A DNA stretch of 55,484 bases, from positions 1 to 55,484 of the forward strand of contig CAZVGK010000023.1 in assembly GCA_964626665.1 (NCBI GenBank), in the 5' to 3' direction. Position numbers and translations under genes: made by a program. The notes beneath the pieces were generated by a model. It was not told the DNA's origin, ran no database searches, and saw only the letters and a program-made list of their open reading frames with translations. Source of the DNA: an uncultured Gemmatimonadota bacterium. GTDB lineage: Bacteria; SM23-81; DAOVCL01. Shown in pieces: positions 48,429 through 55,484 of this stretch (positions are counted from its first letter, which is position 1; every line of letters starts with the position of its first letter).

Positions 48429-48457
48429 AAAATAAGATCTATTTCCCACCCTGTCAA
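48429..48457 (-). promoter_or_regulatory. Pc-like promoter facing the cassette array
   Basis: TTGACA-17 nt-TATTTT on minus, about 310 bp upstream of the attI-like site. Confidence 0.55.
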
Positions 48458-48609
48458 GGGAAAATTTGGTGGCGTATGGCTGATGACCCCACATGGTAAC
48501 CACCCTGAGGAAGCTCCTTCAGGAGGTCATCAAGGATTATAGGGGAAAGAATGAAGATCTGAGTGATTATGCTCCCCTGGATTACCTCCGGCTATGACGG
48601 GGGCAGAAA

Positions 48610-49581
48610 TTATCTGGGCATCAGCTGCCTGGAGAAGAGCCCAAATATGCCACCGGTATGCAGGAAAAGGATCTTCGCCCCTGCCTTGAACCTCCCTTTT
48701 TCTATCTCCTCTATGAGTCCAAACATTGCCTTGCCTGTGTAAACTGGATCGAGGACAATGCCCTCAACCTGAGCCATCTTTCTTATCAGACTGATCTCTT
48801 CCGGCCAGCTCTTGGCATATCCTTCACCTACATAACCATCAATTATCTCTATCTCTTCCTGACAGACCTTGACACCCAAGTTGTATTTCTCAATCGCTTC
48901 TCTGCACAGTCTGTATATCTTTTCTACAAAGTATTCTGCGGTCTTGCAAACATTTATCCCATAAATCTTCGCCGTAAGCCCAAAGAGTTTTTTGCCTAAG
49001 AGCAGGCCAGCATAGGTCCCCCCAGAACCACAGGCGGTAATGATTGCATCTATGCCGATAGATCGGACCTCATCCTTCATCTCCTCCATTGCCTTGATAT
49101 AACCGAATACACCCAACTCATTCGATGCCCCCTCTGGAATTATGTAAGGTCTATAACCGCTGAGCTTCAACTCCTCCTTTCGCTCTTCCATCACCTCATC
49201 GATTCTTTCATACTCCTCTTCGCTGATGAAGATGGAGTCTGCCCCGGCAAGCGAATCAAGAAAGAGGTTTCCCTCATATTCATCGGGCGGTTCACCCCTC
49301 AGAACCAAGACCGGTTTAAGGCCCAGCCTGGCAGCGACAAAGGCTGTAGCTCTTGCATGGTTTGATTGAACTCCGCCGCAGGTAATGACCGTATCACAAC
49401 CCTTCTCAAGTACATCCGCGAAGATAAATTCAAGCTTTCTCACCTTGTTCCCAGAAAGGACGCACCCGGTCAGATCGTCCCGTTTAATATAGACCTCAAC
49501 CTGACCCTTCCTAAAGGTCCTCCGCAGCCTTTCTACCTTTGTCGGCAGGTTGGCAAGTTTCAAGCTGGATGGATACTTCAT
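48610..49581 (-). CDS. D-cysteine desulfhydrase/ACC deaminase family PLP enzyme
   Basis: IKRDD, SGNKVRKLE, QSNH, GSGGT, LDPVYTGKA, HTGG. Confidence 0.93.
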   Translation of the reverse strand: MKYPSSLKLANLPTKVERLRRTFRKGQVEVYIKRDDLTGCVLSGNKVRKLEFIFADVLEKGCDTVITCGGVQSNHARATAFVAARLGLKPVLVLRGEPPDEYEGNLFLDSLAGADSIFISEEEYERIDEVMEERKEELKLSGYRPYIIPEGASNELGVFGYIKAMEEMKDEVRSIGIDAIITACGSGGTYAGLLLGKKLFGLTAKIYGINVCKTAEYFVEKIYRLCREAIEKYNLGVKVCQEEIEIIDGYVGEGYAKSWPEEISLIRKMAQVEGIVLDPVYTGKAMFGLIEEIEKGRFKAGAKILFLHTGGIFGLFSRQLMPR

Positions 49582-49752
49582 TTATCTCAGATTATACATT
49601 AAACACCGAAAATCACTGAAGGAAAATTGGGGGATGGTGGTGTAGAGAGTGCTTTAGTTTTTCCATCTATTTAAGATCGTTTCCCCGACAATACTTATCT
49701 CTTTCTTGGTTATAACCCTGTTGATACATAAATTAGTTGCTCCTAAATAGGA

Positions 49753-49851
49753 GGTAACTTCTCTCCCACTTATTTGCTTACTTTTTTACGGAAATGAGAG
49801 ACTGCGGCGCACAATTGTTAAGCACTTTCTGCACCACCGTCCCTTATATAC
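49753..49851. repeat. Direct repeat copy 2 (copy 1 at 48295-48391)
   Basis: Same sequence blocks as copy 1, offset about 1460 bp. Confidence 0.8.
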
Positions 49852-49882
49852 TCTTATAGAGTTCCTCAAAATTTAGTAAATC

Positions 49883-52306
49883 TTACTCCCTTATCACTGC
49901 CATCTTCTTTACTGCGGTGTAGTCATCTGCCCAGAAACGGTAAAGGTAGATGCCTTCGGCAACGGTGCGGCCAGCCTCATTCTTGCCATCCCAGGAAGGG
50001 GCCTTTCCCTTGTCCCGATAATCATCCCTTTCCATCTTGCCCAAATTGATCTCCTTCACCCTCTCCCCAGAAACCGTGAAGATAGCTATGGAAACCTTCC
50101 CTTTCTCCTCTGGCAGGATAAAGGGAAAATAGACCTTCTTATCCCACTTTGTCAACTTGAAGGGGTTGGGATAACTCTGGGATAAAATCGGGTCGGGAGA
50201 AGTTACATTTATCCTCGCTGAGCCCGATATAAGGCCCACCTTAGCCACTATCTCGGCAGACCCCGTTTTGGTAGCGGTGAAGAGACCATTCTGATCGATA
50301 ACCCCGGCGTTACCCTTTACCTCCCAGATGGGACCGATAGGGATCTGGAGACTGTCCCTGTCAAATCCCGTGGCTTCAAACTGTTGAGTGGTTCCTACGG
50401 CAAGAGGAGGCGAAGAATCTGGAGTTACCTCGATGCGGGTTAGGGGGCTTTCAGTGACTATGATCAGAGCGGTGTCAACCATACCATCTCCGGACGCCAC
50501 TATCTTGCCCTTTCCTGTATCTCCAACGGCATTAAAATATCCTGGGCTTTCAAATATCCCTATACCACCGATCACCTCCCAATTAAACCAATTTGGATGA
50601 GCTGTGATCTCCTCCCCATTGGCATCGTATCCCTCTACCATAAACTGCTTCTTATGGCCCTGAACCACATGTGCTGGATTAGGTATTATAGAAATATCTT
50701 TTAATTTAGGCAAATTATTTAAAGTGGAGTCATAGGTGGCAGAATAGGAGTAGGTACCTCCTCCCTCGGTCTCAGAGACAACGGAGGCAATGAGCACAAT
50801 CTGAGAGAAATCGTCCCAGTTGGCTAACTGAATCGGGCCGTAATTACCCTGATCTAAATTGAACTGTTTAATCATAGACCACTTCCCTGATTCCCCCGCA
50901 TAGCCAACTATCGTTGCTCTCCAGGAGAGATCATTCTGACCATCAAAAATCACTTTTAGACCACCTGATCTTCCATCCGGGATAAAGGCCACATAGTTTG
51001 AACCTAAATACTGGGGCCGGCTACCCGTAGCCCCTTGCTGGAAAGGGACCGGAAATTGAGTATGGGTGCGACAGATCCCTATTTCCGGAAAGTTACTTCC
51101 CTCCGAATAGTAACTGTTCTGCCGCCAGCGTCCATCGGTAAAGTAGTTCCAGAGAGTAAAATCCTGATAGCCATCCTCAAGATTGGAACCATAATCCCCT
51201 AAGATAACATCAAAGGCATCCGTCGCCGCAGTTCCCTGACGGATCTGCTCCCAAATCTGCCTCATAATGTCTAACCCATAGTTCTCGCTCAGATAATGTC
51301 CCCAGATGCAACTGCCATATTCATGGCGACCATTGTAAGTGGTCAGGGAAATCTGGGGGTAACCGAAGAAATAGGGTAGGTAATTTAAGTAATCGTTAAC
51401 ATCGTTATATACCTGATCCTCCATCCAGACAGAGGAGATTTCCATAAAAAATCCCAACTTCATATCGCATTTATAAGCGAACTGTATAGCATGGAAGAAC
51501 TCATGAGCACAGGTCACCTCCAAACTCTCTTTGGGTTTGTGATGAAATATGGACTCGGGATAGTCATCGTCTATCACAACATAGCAAGTGGCCAGGCTTT
51601 CCTGAGTGGAGGAAGGGGTGATGAGAAGTTCGGGACGGGTATATCCAAAAACCGTTGATCCTAGATCCTCCACATAGACATCAAATCTCCCATCTCCTCC
51701 ATAGTCCATACCGTAATAGCGATAATCCGCGCTATAGTCAGCATCCTTAATCGGCTCCCTGTACCTTAAGCCATCAATCTCATAAGCCCAGACATCATCC
51801 AAAATCTCCCCTACTAAGTTTATCCAATCGGGCACCCCATCCTGGTCATCATCGGTCATATCCGGTGCATCCTCGGTTGACCTCACATACCAGACCCGGA
51901 AATGGCCAGATGGGGTAGCCCAGGAGGCGGTGTCGTCTGTGGTATAGGAGTGCCCATAACCGCCAGTGAGAGAGTCCTCACCTGCTTGGGTGGGCCGTAG
52001 GAGGTAAGGCCAGAGGATATCCTGGGTTTCCTTGCTCAGCCGATCCCAGTTCTGCTTTATCTCTAAGTAAAGGAGAGTTCCACTCTTCATCGGAGGGACT
52101 CCCTTACTCCTGAATTCAGGCTTTAGCCTCTCTGGATTATGAAGAGCAAACATCTTCTGCACCAATGAGGTCTCATAGTCCAACCTGCCTTCTTTAAAGG
52201 CTTGATCAATAAGCCGAAACGAATTGGAGGCAGCCCTGAGGTTGTTGTAGGCCATAAAGGATAACAAAACAAAAGATAAAATTACTGTAATCCTTCTCAT
52301 TTTCAC
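49883..52306 (-). CDS. Secreted zinc metalloprotease (MXAN_6640-like) with Ig-like domains and C-terminal FlgD-like domain
   Basis: Signal peptide, AHEFFHAIQF (HExxH), MEISSVWMED, two Ig-like repeats, SYPNPF..WDGKNEAG. Confidence 0.88.
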   Translation of the reverse strand: MKMRRITVILSFVLLSFMAYNNLRAASNSFRLIDQAFKEGRLDYETSLVQKMFALHNPERLKPEFRSKGVPPMKSGTLLYLEIKQNWDRLSKETQDILWPYLLRPTQAGEDSLTGGYGHSYTTDDTASWATPSGHFRVWYVRSTEDAPDMTDDDQDGVPDWINLVGEILDDVWAYEIDGLRYREPIKDADYSADYRYYGMDYGGDGRFDVYVEDLGSTVFGYTRPELLITPSSTQESLATCYVVIDDDYPESIFHHKPKESLEVTCAHEFFHAIQFAYKCDMKLGFFMEISSVWMEDQVYNDVNDYLNYLPYFFGYPQISLTTYNGRHEYGSCIWGHYLSENYGLDIMRQIWEQIRQGTAATDAFDVILGDYGSNLEDGYQDFTLWNYFTDGRWRQNSYYSEGSNFPEIGICRTHTQFPVPFQQGATGSRPQYLGSNYVAFIPDGRSGGLKVIFDGQNDLSWRATIVGYAGESGKWSMIKQFNLDQGNYGPIQLANWDDFSQIVLIASVVSETEGGGTYSYSATYDSTLNNLPKLKDISIIPNPAHVVQGHKKQFMVEGYDANGEEITAHPNWFNWEVIGGIGIFESPGYFNAVGDTGKGKIVASGDGMVDTALIIVTESPLTRIEVTPDSSPPLAVGTTQQFEATGFDRDSLQIPIGPIWEVKGNAGVIDQNGLFTATKTGSAEIVAKVGLISGSARINVTSPDPILSQSYPNPFKLTKWDKKVYFPFILPEEKGKVSIAIFTVSGERVKEINLGKMERDDYRDKGKAPSWDGKNEAGRTVAEGIYLYRFWADDYTAVKKMAVIRE

Positions 52307-52324
52307 TCCTCTCCAAGTCCGGGC

Positions 52325-53182
52325 TCAAACAGCCAGGCTATCGGCCTTCCACTTCTTCAATTTTTCCCTCCTTCTTCGCAAAGCCTCTAAGCAGGAGTAA
52401 GGCATCTTCACAGTGCCCATAAGTATCTTCCCCTTCCTTGTCCCGTGGCAGTCAGAACCTCCTGTATATAAAAGGCCATAATGTTTGGCTAAATCAATGT
52501 AGTGATTGGTAACATAGTAACCCTGTTGGGGATGGAAGGCTTCCAGCCCATCCAATCCCAACTCCACAAATTTGGGAATGAGATCATCCTTGTGCAACAA
52601 AATCGGATGGGCAAGGACTGCTAAACCGTTAACCGAGTGGATAAGATCTATGGTTTCCTTTGGGGTAAGCTTGTATTTAGGGACATACGCCGGGGCATGA
52701 TAGCCCAGATACCTGGCGAAGGCTTCGTCATAGGATTTTACATATTCTCCCCTTAAGAGGGCATCGGCCACATGAGGTCTGCCAATGGCTGCCTCCCCCG
52801 CAATATCCTTCACCATCTTCATCTTAATCCCAATCCCCAACTCGTTCAGCTTCTCTACCATCTTCACCCCTCTTTCATACCTGACCCGACACAGTCTTTC
52901 GGCAACTGAGACAAATTTGGGGCTGTGGTAGTCAATGAGATAGCCAAGCACATGAATATCGGTGTCATCTTCTGAGGCAGAGAGCTCTACCGCAGGGACG
53001 ATCTCCAATCCCCTTCCCTTTACGGCCTCCAGAGCTGGATCTAATCCATTTGCCGTGTCATGGTCGGCAATACCAATGGCCGCGAAACCTAACTCTATGG
53101 CCTTCTCCACTACCTCCTGTGGACTCCAGGTTCCATCTGAAGCAGTAGTATGAATATGAAAATCTACAAATCGCTTTTTCAT
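52325..53182 (-). CDS. PHP-domain phosphoesterase
   Basis: DFHIHTTASDG, ADHD, GRPH, LAHP, GGSDCHG. Confidence 0.93.
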   Translation of the reverse strand: MKKRFVDFHIHTTASDGTWSPQEVVEKAIELGFAAIGIADHDTANGLDPALEAVKGRGLEIVPAVELSASEDDTDIHVLGYLIDYHSPKFVSVAERLCRVRYERGVKMVEKLNELGIGIKMKMVKDIAGEAAIGRPHVADALLRGEYVKSYDEAFARYLGYHAPAYVPKYKLTPKETIDLIHSVNGLAVLAHPILLHKDDLIPKFVELGLDGLEAFHPQQGYYVTNHYIDLAKHYGLLYTGGSDCHGTRKGKILMGTVKMPYSCLEALRRRREKLKKWKADSLAV

Positions 53183-53797
53183 TTAAAGTTTTGACCTCAC
53201 CAAGGGCAGAACCTCATCTAAGAGGGTTTGGGCCTTGGTTTTAATCTCCTCACATTTGGCCTTAATCTCCTTAATAAATGATTCATCCTTGAGGGAGGAG
53301 AGATTTATCTCCACATTCAGATCTGCCCCCTCCACAGCAGACCATCCCAGGAGAGCGGCCACCCCAGCATCGCTGACGGAGTTTGGATTCCCCTTTTCAG
53401 CCACTATCCAAGAGAGCTCCAGCACCCTCAGAGCTCTCTCCATAACCTCAAGGGGAGCCTGGGTCGCTCCCTTTGTTGCCTCCTCAATCCCCTGAGACCT
53501 GATCTCCTTCTCCTCCGGGGTCTCCTTGGGAAGCCTATAGGCCTTCATAACTTGATCAAAGGCCCGCGCATCCTCATCCACTAATTTGGTGAGCTCTTCC
53601 CGCAACTCTTCTGACTCCTTTAAGACACTGCTTAGCTCCTCACTTACCTCCTGATATTTCTTCTTCCCTATGGTGAGATTACAGACCATAGAGGTCAAAC
53701 CCGCAGCCAAGGCCCCAGCCAAGGCAGAGACACTTCCCCCTCCAGGAGTAGAAGAAGAGGAGGCTAAAAGATCGAGGAAATTCTTATCAAAACCCAT
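53183..53797 (-). CDS. Formiminotetrahydrofolate cyclodeaminase/cyclohydrolase
   Basis: TPGGGSVSAL, MVCNLT, GNPNSVSDAGVAA, NVEINL. Confidence 0.92.
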   Translation of the reverse strand: MGFDKNFLDLLASSSSTPGGGSVSALAGALAAGLTSMVCNLTIGKKKYQEVSEELSSVLKESEELREELTKLVDEDARAFDQVMKAYRLPKETPEEKEIRSQGIEEATKGATQAPLEVMERALRVLELSWIVAEKGNPNSVSDAGVAALLGWSAVEGADLNVEINLSSLKDESFIKEIKAKCEEIKTKAQTLLDEVLPLVRSKL

Positions 53798-53820
53798 ATT
53801 ACCTCCAATTTTTATAAATT

Positions 53821-53975
53821 AGCTGCAATCAAACGCAGACTGTCACAGATGACGCGGATAGAACACGAATGACGCAAATGGACGAATCTACACGAATAGG
53901 CAATTGTATGAATACGGCTTTTACACTTCTACCCAGCTTTAGCTGGGGTAACCTCTCCTGGGCTTAAGCCCATAG
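53821..53975. repeat. Composite intergenic repeat
   Basis: GCTGCAATCAAAC end motif, CACGAAT/ACGCA tandem units, CTACCCAGCTTTAGCTGGGG, GGGCTTAAGCCC. Confidence 0.65.
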
Positions 53976-53979
53976 GAGA

Positions 53980-55014
53980 TCAAATCATATATTCAATGAT
54001 CTTCTCTTCGGGGATAAAAGGAGCTAACTGGCTCAAACCCAGATAATCGATACTTGTCCTAATGAGCTCCTCCTCGGAAACATCTATGCCTTTCCCCTTT
54101 TGAGTAAGCCAGTATCTGCCTGCCTGCAGCAGGGCCTCCTTAGGGGTTAAACCAACGATCTCGCTACCGGTCACGTCTACCCCCAGACTCTTTGCTTCCT
54201 TCTTCACCTTCTCAAAGGCCCGATGGGGAGGGGTAATGTTATAGTTAACCAGGTTTATGGAAACCTGAGCTATGTTCTGTTCCTCTAAGAGAACGCCGAT
54301 GGCCTTCACTGCTCTCAGTGAACCCGGAACCCTCTTTGTCTTACCCTTTTCATCCTTGACTATCTTCCCCTCCTTATCCCTTAAGGGCCTGCCACTCTCC
54401 CTTATCCGCAAGGCTATCTCATGGGCGATACCTTTGTCATTTGTATTCAGGTTCACATTATAGGCAATAAGAAAGAATCTGGCCCCGGCTATGGTAGCTC
54501 CCGCTTTAGGGTTAAACTGAGAGGGGCCATAGTCAGGCTTCCATTGTGGATCCCGCAACTTTTGGGGTAATCCCTCATATTCTCCCCTTCTCACCGTGGC
54601 CAGGTTTCTCCTTTCCGGGCGGGTCGCCGCCTCCTCATAGAGGTAGACAGGGATACCCAATTCATTGCCCACCCGGCGGGCGTAGCGATGGACTATCTGG
54701 ACACAGTTCTCCATCTTCACCCCACTCACCGGCACAAAGGGAACCACATCCGTGGCCCCCATTCTGGGATGCCCTCCGTGGTGCCGGCTCATATCAATTA
54801 GCTGGGCTGCCTTCTGAGTAGCCCGGAAGGCCGCCTCCTCCACTCCATCTGAGTTACCCACGAAGGTAACCACAGTGCGATTGTAGTCGGGGTTTGGATC
54901 TACATTGAGAAGTTTTACCCCTTCCGTGGTCTCTATCTGAGAGGCAATGGATTTAATCACCTTATCATTAACCCCCTCACTGAAATTGGGAACACACTCT
55001 ACAACCTCTCCCAT
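53980..55014 (-). CDS. ftcD: Glutamate formimidoyltransferase
   Basis: VECVPNFSEG, NRTVVT, HPRMGATDVVPF, GARFFLIAYN, GSEIVGL. Confidence 0.95.
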   Translation of the reverse strand: MGEVVECVPNFSEGVNDKVIKSIASQIETTEGVKLLNVDPNPDYNRTVVTFVGNSDGVEEAAFRATQKAAQLIDMSRHHGGHPRMGATDVVPFVPVSGVKMENCVQIVHRYARRVGNELGIPVYLYEEAATRPERRNLATVRRGEYEGLPQKLRDPQWKPDYGPSQFNPKAGATIAGARFFLIAYNVNLNTNDKGIAHEIALRIRESGRPLRDKEGKIVKDEKGKTKRVPGSLRAVKAIGVLLEEQNIAQVSINLVNYNITPPHRAFEKVKKEAKSLGVDVTGSEIVGLTPKEALLQAGRYWLTQKGKGIDVSEEELIRTSIDYLGLSQLAPFIPEEKIIEYMI

Positions 55015-55049
55015 CTCCTCTCCTTTTTGAATAGTTCGTCAGGGAATCA

Positions 55050-55420
55050 CCCGGCGCGGCAAAGTCGCAACTAAACAATTCACCGCAAAGACGCAAAGAA
55101 CGCAGAGTTTACCATGGAACCTCACGGAAAAAGGCAATTAAGAATTAGGGTTATGCTGATTCTTGCTTTTCTGTGTATAGTCTGTGTTGCCAGCAGATAA
55201 CAGCCACAGATTTCACTGAAAAAACCATCGTAGCTCATTACTCGTAGGGTACAGTTCACCACGGAATCTCACGGAATTACACTGAGGTCTTTTATCAATG
55301 AATTCCTCTGCCTTGAAGAGAGAGGTTAGGGCCTCTCCTGAGCGTGCCGAAGGATGAGGGTGAATTACAAGGAGTTTTGCGATTAACTATAATCTTTTCC
55401 GTGCCAGTCCGTGGTCATTT
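55050..55420. repeat. Composite intergenic repeat cluster
   Basis: GCGCGGCAAAGTCGCAACTAAAC end motif, CGCAAAGA tandem units, CACCACGGAATCTCACGGAATTACAC. Confidence 0.7.
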
Positions 55421-55484
55421 CTTTTTTAACTTAGTAGCCAAATTCATAATTACGATGACATATAAAAACCTTGACATAAAGAAT

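Overview
Bacterial chromosomal window. A diderm FCB-group candidate lineage is inferred from TamA/BamA-TamB, a TonB receptor, DUF4159 and four secreted proteins ending in a YPNPF-type C-terminal domain. Core genes: pyrF, thiE, tamB-tamA, yicC-remA-gmk-rpoZ-topA-xerC-hslV-hslU, nfeD-SPFH, ftcD-cyclodeaminase-PHP. Accessory blocks: (i) two paralogous beta-helix secreted proteins flanking an Apea-like HEPN gene, behind a tandemly duplicated promoter/operator unit and a VapBC pair; (ii) a run of small co-oriented genes after hslU separated by decayed attC-like hairpins; (iii) a cobalamin riboswitch, with a palindromic repeat inserted in it, heading radical SAM/SPASM, DUF1464-like kinase-fold, ECF S-component and BtuB-like genes, a candidate undescribed corrinoid salvage/remodelling system; (iv) an integrase-less integron array (attI-like site plus three attC sites with matching core sites) carrying a membrane protein, a two-gene CBASS (SMODS CD-NTase + SLATT) and a RelE/Phd pair whose toxin has a nonsense codon. 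Intergenic spacers are packed with nested palindromic REP/MITE-like repeats. No rRNA, tRNA or CRISPR array was seen. All family assignments come from motif recognition by eye, not database searches.
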